A stretch of 64,000 bases of DNA from Candidatus Rifleibacteriota bacterium (GTDB lineage Bacteria > Muiribacteriota > Ozemobacteria > Ozemobacterales > Ozemobacteraceae): the NCBI GenBank assembly GCA_017417215.1, contig JAFPZP010000107.1:5584-69583 (forward strand), read 5' to 3'. Positions 9,435-19,341 of this stretch are shown piece by piece. Position 1 is the first letter of the stretch; the number at the start of each line of letters is the position of its first letter. The notes under the pieces are model-generated. The model was not told the DNA's origin, did no database searches, and was given only the letters and a program-made list of their open reading frames with translations. The position numbers were made by a program, and so were the translations under genes.

Positions 9435-12400
9435 ATGAATGAAAATATAGAAAGCAACTTAAAAAAATACAGCTCGGCAAAAGAAGATTTGAAAACTCGT
9501 TTTTCATCTTATAAATCTGGTCGCAGACTTCGTGTTTTTATAAAATCTGTTTTAGCCGCCTTTATTTCAGCTATTGCTTTAGTTATTATATTTTTATTAG
9601 TTGAACGAACTCCTATGCAGTCAGAGTTCATGCGCTATCTGTTTTCAGCTATTTTATACATAGGCATAATATGCTGGATATACCGGCTTTTTACAAAATG
9701 GTTCAAAGCGCCTTCTGATGTTTCTTTAGCTGTAGAAATTGAAAATAGTACCGGGCATTTTAATTCCATGCTTTCTAGTGCTATTGAATTCATGGAAAAT
9801 ACAGACAGCGAAAAATCGCTTTCAGGCTTAATGAAGAAGCTTACTATTGTTTCTGCTGACGAAGAGTTAAAAACAGATGACATAAAGCTTTCTTTAAAAG
9901 CTTTTTCACGCCGTAAAAGAACTTTTGCTTCATTGATTTTTGTAGCTATAATTGCTGGCTGGTATTTCATTTCTCCTGTGGAAGTGAAAACAGGTGTTGC
10001 CCGTATTTTTTTACCTTTTTCATCAGTTTCTCCATGGTCTAATCTGAGTTTGGAAGTATTGCCTAAAAATGCTGTCGCAGCTGTAGGTGAAAATATTGAA
10101 ATTGCTGCAATTCCTTCTAGAAAAGTAGATGAACCAATAATACTTGAAATCATAGACCCTGAATCAAAAGAGATTAATAAGGTTGAAATGTATTCTGATG
10201 CAACAGCAACAGATTCAAAGTTTGTTTACAATCTTATGTCTCTCCAAAGTTCTATTGATTATAGAGTTACCTGTGAAAAAGCTGTTTCAGAAAAGTATTC
10301 CATAGAAGTAATGGCTAGACCTCAAATTAAAAAAGTGGTTATGACTCTTTTCCAGCCATCATATATTTCTAATAAGCCTATAAAATTACCCGACAATACT
10401 AACGAAACCGAGATACTTATAAATAGCAAAATACGCATAGATGTTGAAGCAGATATGCCTTTAAAGAAAGGTGAAATATGCTTTGACAACAATGCTACTC
10501 AGAGTTGTCAGATTATAGAAAACAAATTTCAATATGAATTTAATGTGGCAACTTCAACTTCCTTTGTTGTTAGTGTAAGTAATGAAATAGGCCTTACAAA
10601 CGAAAAATCAGTAGTTTATAAGATTACTGCAAAACCTGATTTGCCACCAAGTATAGAATTGCTTAAACCAGGCTGCGATGTCGAATTCCCAACAGCTAAA
10701 AGATTGGATATTAAAGCTGTTGCAAAGGATGATTTCGGCGTTAAGACGATGGTTTTACATTATAAAGCAGGTCATCGTGAAGATTGGAAACCTTTGAACG
10801 TAAAATCTGATTTTACGCCTATGCCTGAATGTGAAATAGAATTTCCTTGGATGCTAGATACTGTCTATGTTCAGCCTGGAACAAAAATTCAGTATTATAT
10901 GGAAACAGAAGATGCTTGTCAGCCAAAACCAAATGTTGCATCTACTTCTATCTTCTTTGTTAATATGCCATCTATGCAGGATGTTTATAAAGGGCAGGAT
11001 AATCAGCAGGCTGATTTGAAAAAGCAACTTGAAGAATATGTAGAAGAACAGAGAAGACGAAGTGAATCTCTTAAAAAAGCCTATGAACAGGTTAAGCATG
11101 AAGAAAAACTTGATTTTGAAACCAGTCAGGCTATTGAAGAAGCTATAAAATCCGGTGAAAAGAATCAACAGACAGCAGAAGAAATATTAAAGTCTTTTGA
11201 AAACATGCAGAAATCTATGGAAAATAATCCATTTACATCTCCTGAAGCCTTAGAACGAATGCAAAAGGTTCAAGAGTTGTTAGACAATGTTTTGGATAAA
11301 GAAAGCAAGCAGATGCTCAAAAATCTTCAGGATTCATTGAAGGATATTAATCTTGATCCAAAAGAAATTCAGAAGTATGAAGAAGCATTTAAGCTGGAAG
11401 ACTATATGAATAGTCTTGATAGAACTATTAACCTTTTAGAACAGGTTCAGCAACAGCAGAAATTTGAATCTCTGGCTAATTCAATAGAAGATCTTTATGA
11501 AAGACAAAAGCAGATTGCTTCTGAAACAGAAGAATTATTGAAAAAACAAAGTCAGAAAGAAATGTCACTAGATGAAGTTGAAGATAAATTAAAGAAACTT
11601 CAGGAATTAGAAGAAAAACAAAAAGAAGGTAAGCTTTCTAACGAAGAAGAAAAGGAACTGCAAGATCTTAAGAATCAGCAGAACAAGTTAGAAGAACTTC
11701 AAGAACTGCTTGAAAAACAAAAGAATGGTGAACTATCTAAAGATGAAGAAAAGAAGCTGAACGATATTCAGCAAGCTTTACAGAATGAAAAGAAAGACGG
11801 TCTTTCAAAAGAAGAAGAAAACAGATTGAAAGACCTTTTAGACCAGCAGAAAAAGATTAGTAAAGACCTTGAAGAACTTCAGAAAAAGTCTGAAGAAATG
11901 ACCAAAGATACCAAGAATGAAGATTTGAAGAATAACCCGCTTATGGAAGATGTAAAGAATATTCTTGATCAGATGAAAAATAAAGATCATAAGAAGATAG
12001 GCGAAGATATTCAAAAGGAAATGCAGAATAAGAAACTTGATATGGCTCAGAAAAATCAAGAAAAGATGTTGAATTTCCTCGAATCTTTAAAGAAAAACGC
12101 AAATCAGATGAAGGATATGATGGGTGGCGGAGAAGCTGCACAGCTTGATTTGTCTTTCTATATTTCAAGAGCTATCAAGGTTTCTAAAGACCAGGAAAAG
12201 CTTCTGAGAGAAATAATTGATATGCCTGATCAGTTTATGCGTGGGAAAATGCCTCAGATAGAAGGCGTAATCGACTACGTGTCTGTTCTGCAGGTTTTGG
12301 TAAAACAACAGGGACTTTCTTTACAAGAAGATTTGAATCAGTTTGTAAAGAGTAGTTTTGCTATAGATCCTTCTGTTATTGAATCTATAAATGGCACTCA

Positions 12401-13094
12401 GAAGATGTTTTCTGATATAGTTAAGAACTTGGAAGACAGGGCTTTAGAGTCTGCCAGAAAAGACCAGTATGAAATAATCAGAAGATTTAATAAACTGGCG
12501 GCCGATTTAATGAGGGCTCAAGATGGTTCTGGCAGTGGAAGCAGTTCATCGCAGCCAATGTCTCCAATGCAACAGTTTAAGAATCTTACAAGACGTCAGT
12601 TGAGTTTATATCAGCAAATGATGAAACAGCAACTAATGCCTCAGGGTAGTCAGGCTTTAAAACAAATGGCTATGGAACAGAGACATATAAGAGAATCTCT
12701 GGAACAACTTATGAGAGAACATCGTCAACAAATGAATAATTTGGGAAGAATGAATGATGTTATAGATGATATGAAAGATCTGGAAACCAAGATTCTAGAT
12801 CCTTCTCTGCGAGAAAAGGTTGCAGAAAAACAGAAATCAATCTATGAACGTATGCTTAAATCACAAAAAGCTATTAAAAATCGTGATGAAGAAGATGAAG
12901 AACGCAAAGCTCAGAAAGCTAGAGAAATATATCAGCAGGAACCAGAAAAGCCTATCGGTGATATTGGTTCTGGAAGTATAGATTTGAGTAAAGATTTTAC
13001 TGGAGACTTAAGAGAAGAATATCCGGAAAGCTATAAGAACTTACTGAATGATTATTACAAGTCTCTTAACATATATGGCGGTGAACAGAGATGA
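9435..13094 (+). CDS. DUF4175-like large membrane-anchored coiled-coil protein
   Basis: Three N-terminal TMs, Ig-like region with PD.PP and A.DDFGV, then ~700 aa of Q/E/K/M-rich coiled coil ending P..Y+.l+..YY+.L. Confidence 0.75.
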   Translation: MNENIESNLKKYSSAKEDLKTRFSSYKSGRRLRVFIKSVLAAFISAIALVIIFLLVERTPMQSEFMRYLFSAILYIGIICWIYRLFTKWFKAPSDVSLAVEIENSTGHFNSMLSSAIEFMENTDSEKSLSGLMKKLTIVSADEELKTDDIKLSLKAFSRRKRTFASLIFVAIIAGWYFISPVEVKTGVARIFLPFSSVSPWSNLSLEVLPKNAVAAVGENIEIAAIPSRKVDEPIILEIIDPESKEINKVEMYSDATATDSKFVYNLMSLQSSIDYRVTCEKAVSEKYSIEVMARPQIKKVVMTLFQPSYISNKPIKLPDNTNETEILINSKIRIDVEADMPLKKGEICFDNNATQSCQIIENKFQYEFNVATSTSFVVSVSNEIGLTNEKSVVYKITAKPDLPPSIELLKPGCDVEFPTAKRLDIKAVAKDDFGVKTMVLHYKAGHREDWKPLNVKSDFTPMPECEIEFPWMLDTVYVQPGTKIQYYMETEDACQPKPNVASTSIFFVNMPSMQDVYKGQDNQQADLKKQLEEYVEEQRRRSESLKKAYEQVKHEEKLDFETSQAIEEAIKSGEKNQQTAEEILKSFENMQKSMENNPFTSPEALERMQKVQELLDNVLDKESKQMLKNLQDSLKDINLDPKEIQKYEEAFKLEDYMNSLDRTINLLEQVQQQQKFESLANSIEDLYERQKQIASETEELLKKQSQKEMSLDEVEDKLKKLQELEEKQKEGKLSNEEEKELQDLKNQQNKLEELQELLEKQKNGELSKDEEKKLNDIQQALQNEKKDGLSKEEENRLKDLLDQQKKISKDLEELQKKSEEMTKDTKNEDLKNNPLMEDVKNILDQMKNKDHKKIGEDIQKEMQNKKLDMAQKNQEKMLNFLESLKKNANQMKDMMGGGEAAQLDLSFYISRAIKVSKDQEKLLREIIDMPDQFMRGKMPQIEGVIDYVSVLQVLVKQQGLSLQEDLNQFVKSSFAIDPSVIESINGTQKMFSDIVKNLEDRALESARKDQYEIIRRFNKLAADLMRAQDGSGSGSSSSQPMSPMQQFKNLTRRQLSLYQQMMKQQLMPQGSQALKQMAMEQRHIRESLEQLMREHRQQMNNLGRMNDVIDDMKDLETKILDPSLREKVAEKQKSIYERMLKSQKAIKNRDEEDEERKAQKAREIYQQEPEKPIGDIGSGSIDLSKDFTGDLREEYPESYKNLLNDYYKSLNIYGGEQR
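11570..11850 (+). repeat. Intragenic ~25-30 aa helical repeats (G.LS..EE..L.D...Q), three clear copies
   Basis: EGKLSNEEEKELQDL / NGELSKDEEKKLNDI / KDGLSKEEENRLKDL in the 1219-aa protein; boundaries approximate. Confidence 0.65.
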
Positions 13095-15463
13095 GAAAAG
13101 ATTCTAATCATATATTAACGATTTTGTTTATAGCATTTTTAAACTTAATTCCTGTTAATAGCTGTTTCTCTGCTTCTTATTCTCCAGAAGCTTCAAGATT
13201 GTATAATGAAGCTGTTATGGCTTACAGAACCAGACATTTTAACTTAGCAAAAGAATGTTTTTATAAGATTCTTGAAAATTATCCTGATGATAGAATGGCT
13301 GATGTAGCTCGTGGCAATCTTGCTGTTCTTTTAAGAGATTTAAAAGAATATGATAAAGCTATTGATATTTACAAAGAGATTATTGAAAAAGCTACCTATG
13401 AAAATGATAAAAATAATGCAAAAATTCAACTGGTAGATATCCTCTATACTGTTCATAGATATAGAGAAGGCATAGAACTCTTAGAAGATTGGTTAAAAAA
13501 AGATTCTGGTAATGTTGATATAGCTCGTAAACTAGCTCAGTTTTATTTGCAATCAGGAAATAAAGATGAAGCTTGGCTTTTATTGGAACGCTTTATGGAA
13601 AAAGGCGAGAAGAAGGCTTTTGATGACTTATTAGATTTATCTATGAAAAGTGGTGAAGTAGATAAGCTTTTAAATAGTCTTGATAGTCATAGAACAAAAC
13701 TTAAATACTCTGTTTATAGCAGTTATCTTGCTGATTGTTATTTGGCTTTAGGTCGAAAAGATAAGGCTATTGAAGCTTTAAAAGAAAACAAAGACTACGA
13801 AAAGGATGTTAATGTTTTAAAAAAGCTATCTGATATACAGATTTCAGCAAATATGATTGATGATGCTATAGTAACACTTGATAAATTGGTTTCTTATTTG
13901 CCTTCAGATTGGCAGTGCTTGAGAAAACTTGGCCACTGTTATTTCCTTAAAAATAACAAACAGATGGCTATGGAAGTTTGGAAAAGACCTTTAAGACGAC
14001 GTTATAGTAGTCAGGATCTATATATTAATTATACAGCTGTTTTAATTGAACATCAGATGTTGGAAGAAGCCTTAGAAGCTTTTGATGAAGCTAGAACTGC
14101 TTTAAGGCATGAAACCATGTTTGCAGAAGAAAAAGCCGCTGTTCTTGAATCATTGGGGCGTTTTAAAGAAGCTATGGAAGAAAATCTTAAAGTTCTTTCT
14201 GATGGAATATATAAATCAGAAATCTTCGATAAACTTTATAATGCGAAAATACCTGGATTTTCTTTGGAAGAACGGTTGAACGCTTTAAACAAAGGGGATT
14301 TTAATCAAGCAATTATTCAGGCTTTGATAGAATTATATTTTAGAAAAGCCAGAATGGAAGATATCGATAAATTAGTTTCTTTGATAGATGAACAATCTGC
14401 TATTTTCTTTGATGATCTTTTTTATGATCGATTAAGGCAAGAAGCTTTGCTTGTTCCTGAAGAATTCCATTTCTCGCTTATGAAACGAATGATGGAGGCA
14501 AGAAAGAATTCTACTCTAGAATTGAAACTGGCTATACTTATGCTCAAAATGCCGGAATACTTTGAAAAATGGCAAAAAGAAGCTTATGGCTATTCAAAAA
14601 GAACGGTTGAATCAAAAGAAATAGCAGATGTAGAGTTAAAATATAATCTTTATTTAAAAATGGCTGAATTTGTTTTCGATTTCATGAAAAACCCAAAGGA
14701 AGCAGATTCATATCTAGCTACGTTTTTGAACCAGGATATTACTGTTTCCTATAAGAGCAAAATCATTGAAGCAAAGCTTATGAGAGCAAAATTGCATACT
14801 TATATGTCAGATTTCCCAAAAGCAGAAGAAATACTGAATGATGTCGGCTCTATACTTGATAAAAATGATTACATTGGTGGTTTAACTCGATTGGAAACAG
14901 AAGAATATTTGATGCAGCAAAAGGTAGAATTAGCAAGACTTAAAGCTCATATGGGGCAATATCAAGAATCCTTGGATTTGCTTAAAGATATAGTGGAAAA
15001 TCATAAAGAAGGCGAATGGGTAAACGATGGCCTGGAATTGGCTTTGGATATTACTCGTTATTCATTAGGTGATCTTAGTGCTATAGATCATAAGTTTAAG
15101 GCTGAAAGATTTGCTGCCTGCGGAGACAATACTCAGGCAATATCTGAAATTAATGCTGCTATAGAAGCTCTGCCAGCTTCTTCAACTTCTTTAATCGCAG
15201 ATCTTGAAGCTGATAAAATTATGCTTTCATCTGATAATGTAGATTTTAATGAATTATCCAAACAGATAAAACTATTTTTGGCAAAATACCCAGACAATAT
15301 CAAGAATGCGGATATTGCTGATTTTAAAATCAAATTGATGCAACGATTAAATCAATCTCAAGACAGAATAGATGAAGAAATGCGAAACTATATCGTTAAT
15401 TTCCCATCAGATTTGAGAAGTGGTAAGTATAAGCACAGTCTTGAAAATGGAGGTAAAAAATGA
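13091..15463 (+). CDS. Exported TPR-repeat protein
   Basis: Signal peptide; repeated helical TPR motifs (ILENYPDD, YDKAIDIY, LGHCYF); ATGA overlaps at both ends. Confidence 0.85.
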   Translation: MRKDSNHILTILFIAFLNLIPVNSCFSASYSPEASRLYNEAVMAYRTRHFNLAKECFYKILENYPDDRMADVARGNLAVLLRDLKEYDKAIDIYKEIIEKATYENDKNNAKIQLVDILYTVHRYREGIELLEDWLKKDSGNVDIARKLAQFYLQSGNKDEAWLLLERFMEKGEKKAFDDLLDLSMKSGEVDKLLNSLDSHRTKLKYSVYSSYLADCYLALGRKDKAIEALKENKDYEKDVNVLKKLSDIQISANMIDDAIVTLDKLVSYLPSDWQCLRKLGHCYFLKNNKQMAMEVWKRPLRRRYSSQDLYINYTAVLIEHQMLEEALEAFDEARTALRHETMFAEEKAAVLESLGRFKEAMEENLKVLSDGIYKSEIFDKLYNAKIPGFSLEERLNALNKGDFNQAIIQALIELYFRKARMEDIDKLVSLIDEQSAIFFDDLFYDRLRQEALLVPEEFHFSLMKRMMEARKNSTLELKLAILMLKMPEYFEKWQKEAYGYSKRTVESKEIADVELKYNLYLKMAEFVFDFMKNPKEADSYLATFLNQDITVSYKSKIIEAKLMRAKLHTYMSDFPKAEEILNDVGSILDKNDYIGGLTRLETEEYLMQQKVELARLKAHMGQYQESLDLLKDIVENHKEGEWVNDGLELALDITRYSLGDLSAIDHKFKAERFAACGDNTQAISEINAAIEALPASSTSLIADLEADKIMLSSDNVDFNELSKQIKLFLAKYPDNIKNADIADFKIKLMQRLNQSQDRIDEEMRNYIVNFPSDLRSGKYKHSLENGGKK

Positions 15464-16719
15464 GGGTTGGAAAACTGTTTTTTCTGATATTGATACTTGC
15501 CTTGTTTTTACCTAATACGTCTTTTGCAGGTAAATTGCTTATTCCAATGGATGATAACCAATCAGATCATCTTAGAAGCTATGGTGTTACATATTGGGTT
15601 TTAGATAAAACCGGCACTGATGCAGAATGGTTGTTGAACTATAGAGGCGGTTCTTTTTTGGTTGAAGATCTTCCTGAAATAAGAGAACAGGCAAAAAAAG
15701 CTGGCGTCACAGTTAAACCAGTATCTGATGCTGAATTAAATGCTATTTATAATGAAATAGAAGAAGAAAACATGGAAAAGGTGCTCTTAGAAAAAGCACC
15801 AAAAATAGGTGTATATTCGCCTGACTATGAAGAACCCTGGGATGATGCTGTTATTCTTGTATTAACTTACGCGCAGATTCCTTTTGAAAAGTTTTACGAC
15901 AAAGAAGTTCTGAATGGAAATATAACAAAATATGACTGGATACATCTTCACCATGAAGATTTTACAGGACAATTCGGTAAGTTTTATTCTTCATTCAGAT
16001 TGACTACATGGTATAGAAATCAAGTAACAAGAGCTCAACTAGAGGCTCAGAAATTCGGTTATAGCAAGGTTGCTCAAATGAAGTTGGCTGTTGCCAGAAA
16101 ATTAAAGCAATTTGTAATTGATGGCGGATTTTTGTTTGCAATGTGCTCGGCAGCAGATAGCTTGGATGTTGCATTGGCAGCAAATGGTGTCGATATTGTA
16201 GCAAAAGAAATAGATGGCGATGACCCCGACCCATTATGCCAAAGCAAACTTGATTATAGCCAATGTCTGGCTTTTACTGGATTTAAACTGATTATAGACC
16301 CATACATTTATGAATTTTCAGATATAGATGTATCAAACAACTATGCTGGTGACCCAGGTACTTATCGTTTGTTTGAGTTTGCTGCCAAAGTAGACCCTAT
16401 TCCAACAATGCTTACTCAGAATCATAGAGCTGTTCATGATGGATTTTTTGGTCAGACAACGGCATTCAGAAAAAGTCTTCTTAAACCTACTATAACAATA
16501 ATGGGTGAAAACAATGACGGAGTTTCTGTAAAATACATCAGAGGCGATTTGGGAAAAGGCTTTTTCTCTTTTTATGGTGGACATGACCCTGCTGATGCCA
16601 GCCATATAGTTGGGGAAGGTCCGACAAGACTTGAACTGCATAAAAACAGCCCTGGTTACAGATTGATTCTTAATAATATTTTATTCCCAGCTGCTAAGCG
16701 CAAAGAAAGAAAGACCTGA
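15460..16719 (+). CDS. Conserved exported protein with GATase-I-like fold (family often auto-labelled asparagine synthetase B)
   Basis: Signal peptide; LLIPMD..Q..HL+.YG, WLLNYRGGSF, LHHEDFTGQFGKF, GGFLFAMCSA nucleophile-elbow-like motif, NSPGYRLILNN. Confidence 0.75.
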   Translation: MRVGKLFFLILILALFLPNTSFAGKLLIPMDDNQSDHLRSYGVTYWVLDKTGTDAEWLLNYRGGSFLVEDLPEIREQAKKAGVTVKPVSDAELNAIYNEIEEENMEKVLLEKAPKIGVYSPDYEEPWDDAVILVLTYAQIPFEKFYDKEVLNGNITKYDWIHLHHEDFTGQFGKFYSSFRLTTWYRNQVTRAQLEAQKFGYSKVAQMKLAVARKLKQFVIDGGFLFAMCSAADSLDVALAANGVDIVAKEIDGDDPDPLCQSKLDYSQCLAFTGFKLIIDPYIYEFSDIDVSNNYAGDPGTYRLFEFAAKVDPIPTMLTQNHRAVHDGFFGQTTAFRKSLLKPTITIMGENNDGVSVKYIRGDLGKGFFSFYGGHDPADASHIVGEGPTRLELHKNSPGYRLILNNILFPAAKRKERKT

Positions 16720-16757
16720 TTTAAATACTCTTTAGGTCTATCAATATAATATAGTGT

Positions 16758-16775
16758 TTGTGAATTATTTCACTT
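16758..16775. promoter_or_regulatory. Rex-like operator
   Basis: TTGTGAA-TTAT-TTCACTT versus Rex consensus TTGTGAA-N4-TTCACAA. Confidence 0.5.
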
Positions 16776-16809
16776 AAAAACGACTGAAATTATGAAATTA
16801 TATGCTTTT

Positions 16810-16837
16810 GGTTTACATAATATTTTTGAAATTTATG
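16810..16837 (-). other. XerD-arm-like/dif-like site, copy 1
   Basis: Minus strand reads CATAAATTTCA-AAAATA-TTATGTAAACC; the right arm differs by one base from the B. subtilis dif XerD arm TTATGTAAACT. Confidence 0.4.
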
Positions 16838-16878
16838 TTTGTTTTGAAGCTAAAAATTGTATAAAAATTGCACAGATA

Positions 16879-16896
16879 CTGTGAAAAATTTCACAA
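16879..16896. promoter_or_regulatory. Rex-like (or CRP-like) operator
   Basis: CTGTGAA-AAAT-TTCACAA; one mismatch to the Rex consensus and also a perfect TGTGA-N6-TCACA. Confidence 0.6.
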
Positions 16897-17037
16897 GCGT
16901 TGATTTAAAAAATTAATTTTAAGTTTTTTTATCTAAATTAATAAATTAGTATTATTGCATTAATTATTTTATTATAATTTATAAGGCAATTTCCGGTTGC
17001 TCCACAATTACGAATATTTAAAAAGGGGAGTTATAAA

Positions 17038-17091
17038 ATGAAAATTAACAAAGATATTCCTGTCCTCTCCACTCTATGCTCTGCGCTCTAA
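17038..17091 (+). CDS. 17-aa upstream ORF (leader peptide or gene remnant)
   Basis: MKINKDIPVLSTLCSAL* preceded by a strong SD (AAAGGGGAG, 7 nt spacing); ends 12 nt before the STT3 start. Confidence 0.35.
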   Translation: MKINKDIPVLSTLCSAL

Positions 17092-17103
17092 GATCTAATA
17101 ATT

Positions 17104-19323
17104 ATGTCTAAAGCAAGAAAAAGTATTTTAATTATTTGCATAACTTTATTTATAATGCTTATTCCTATCTGGTTATGCAGTAATAAAATTACAAGGGGTA
17201 CATTTTTTGTTCCTGCTGATCCTGATTCTTTATTTTATTGTAGGATAGTAGATCAGGCTTTGCAAAAGGGAAGTGAAAAATATATAGATTATGATAATTA
17301 TGGAAACTTCCCTTACGAATTCAAAATAGGGTACCCCAGATTGTATTATTGGCTTTTATATTTTTATAAATTGGTGTGTACAAAAATATCACCCAAAAAT
17401 TCTGAATTTTTATTCTTGCTTATTCCGGTATTAACAACAACTTTAACGGCAATAATTATTGTTATTTCTTTTTGTTTTTTTAAATATCCTATTTTATTTA
17501 TTGTCTTAACAGCTTTTGCTTTGCTTCCTTCTTTTTGTGCGTTTTCTGTGGGAAGTTTTGCTAAATTGGATTATGACCATGTTCTATCTTTATATTTATG
17601 GCTTTGGCTGTTAAGTTCAATGTTTTATCAAGACAGTCAAAATAAAAAATGGCTGTATTTAGGTGGTGTTTTTGCTGGGTTGGTTTTAGGCAGTTGGATA
17701 GGCTCTCTGCTTATTTTTACTGTTGTTGCACTTGTCTGTTTTGGTTTATGGTTTTTTAATTCAAAATTATGTGAAAAGTATTTACTTTTTTGTTATTCAA
17801 CTTTTGGTATAGCAACTCTTATTAATGCTTTAATTATCTTGGTTTCGCCAAGCAGATATGGTACCGTTCTTCTTGATTTCGGAATAATTCATATATCAGC
17901 TATGGTCCTGGAAACTTTAGGAATTTTCGTATTATCAAAATTTAAGGCTACAAATAAAATCAGAGTTTTGCTTTTATCTATGGCTGTTATAATTCCTTCA
18001 ATTTATTATTTAATTAATCCTTCTAACTTTATTGATTTAATTGGGAAAGTTTTTGGCACAGACCCTATTTATGTTGAGATACAAGAATTACAGCCTTTAA
18101 TAGATTTAAAAAATAAAACACATTCAAATACTGCTATTTTCAGTAAAGCAATAGTTAATTATGGCTTTTTATTCTTTCTTTTTCCTATTGTTCTTTTTGG
18201 CTCTGTAAAAAGAGATATAAACAAAGATTCTGTATCGTTGTTAAAGCTTTGGACTATTATTGTTTTTCTGGCTGGTATTTATCAATGTAGATATACTAGA
18301 ATTTTTGGTATAGGCAGTTGTATTTATGAGGCTTTTATTCTTTTTTACTGCTTGAGCCGTTTTAAAGAAAAATTTAGAAAAAAATTAAAACCATTAACTT
18401 ACAAAATAATTCTTATATTTTGCATCTTATTATCTCTTCTAGTTGTTAGATATACTTCTATGATAAGCCTTTTTATTCAAAATCAGAATATAAGATTATC
18501 TGAGTTGGAAGCATTTCATTGGATAAAAGCGAACACACCCGCTACTTCCGGGTATTATGATACTAACAAACCCGAATATGGCATTTTAGCTTATTGGGAT
18601 TTTGGACATCTAATCAATTATTATGCTCACAGACCTGTTATTGCTAACAATATGCAAAATGGTGTTAAAAATATGGCTGCTATTTTTTCTTCTAAAGATG
18701 AAGAAACTGCTTATAAGCTTTGTGAGGATTTAAAAGTTAAATATGTTTTTATGGCACCAGACAGGGTTTTATTCCCATCAACCATTGACTATTGGCCTGC
18801 TTACAAAGAACAAGAGCCGGGACCTGGCTATAAGGCTTTACCTTATAACGTTGAACGCAGTAAAGACTATGATAAATGGTTCTTTACATGGTTGAACAAA
18901 TGTTTTGGTTTAATGGGAAGAGGAGGTTTTGGTGTCACTTCTCATTTCAGGATTATATTTGGGAATGCAGAGAGGAAGTCACCTTCTTTTTCTACTCTTT
19001 TATTTGAAAGAGTGAAGGGGGCAAAACTAACTATTAAAGCAAAACCTGATTCTAATGCTGTGGTTTCATTGAGGTTAAATGTTAGAGGTAAATTATTGAA
19101 TTACTTTAAAGTGTCTAAAGTTTCTGAAAATGGTTATGCTTACTTCACTTTGCCATATTCTTGTTATTTTAATAATAGAATAGTTCGTACATCAGAGCTT
19201 TATAATATTTCTTTTGTTTCACATGAAACAGATAAAAAAGTAGTAGGTAAAGTTTTGGTAAAAGAAGAAGATGTTATTATGGGAAATGAGGTTGCAACAG
19301 GCTCTATTATTATGTTTAAGTGA
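17104..19323 (+). CDS. STT3/AglB/PglB-family oligosaccharyltransferase
   Basis: About 13 TMs; ADPDSLFY (catalytic Asp region), DYDH (DxD), EIQELQP (TIXE-like), QCRY, AYWDFGHLINY (WWDYG variant), ANNMQ, soluble C-terminal domain. Confidence 0.88.
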   Translation: MSKARKSILIICITLFIMLIPIWLCSNKITRGTFFVPADPDSLFYCRIVDQALQKGSEKYIDYDNYGNFPYEFKIGYPRLYYWLLYFYKLVCTKISPKNSEFLFLLIPVLTTTLTAIIIVISFCFFKYPILFIVLTAFALLPSFCAFSVGSFAKLDYDHVLSLYLWLWLLSSMFYQDSQNKKWLYLGGVFAGLVLGSWIGSLLIFTVVALVCFGLWFFNSKLCEKYLLFCYSTFGIATLINALIILVSPSRYGTVLLDFGIIHISAMVLETLGIFVLSKFKATNKIRVLLLSMAVIIPSIYYLINPSNFIDLIGKVFGTDPIYVEIQELQPLIDLKNKTHSNTAIFSKAIVNYGFLFFLFPIVLFGSVKRDINKDSVSLLKLWTIIVFLAGIYQCRYTRIFGIGSCIYEAFILFYCLSRFKEKFRKKLKPLTYKIILIFCILLSLLVVRYTSMISLFIQNQNIRLSELEAFHWIKANTPATSGYYDTNKPEYGILAYWDFGHLINYYAHRPVIANNMQNGVKNMAAIFSSKDEETAYKLCEDLKVKYVFMAPDRVLFPSTIDYWPAYKEQEPGPGYKALPYNVERSKDYDKWFFTWLNKCFGLMGRGGFGVTSHFRIIFGNAERKSPSFSTLLFERVKGAKLTIKAKPDSNAVVSLRLNVRGKLLNYFKVSKVSENGYAYFTLPYSCYFNNRIVRTSELYNISFVSHETDKKVVGKVLVKEEDVIMGNEVATGSIIMFK

Positions 19324-19341
19324 TAACTTTTATTAGAAACA

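Noticed and set aside
15460-16719. Asparagine synthetase B
   Set aside because: Has a signal peptide and lacks the N-terminal Cys Ntn domain and the SGGLDS PP-loop.
16720-17103. Riboswitch or ncRNA in the large intergenic regions (also 19324-19730 and 48903-49156)
   Set aside because: Very AT-rich, with no recognisable aptamer or tRNA structure by eye; an Rfam scan would be needed to exclude one.
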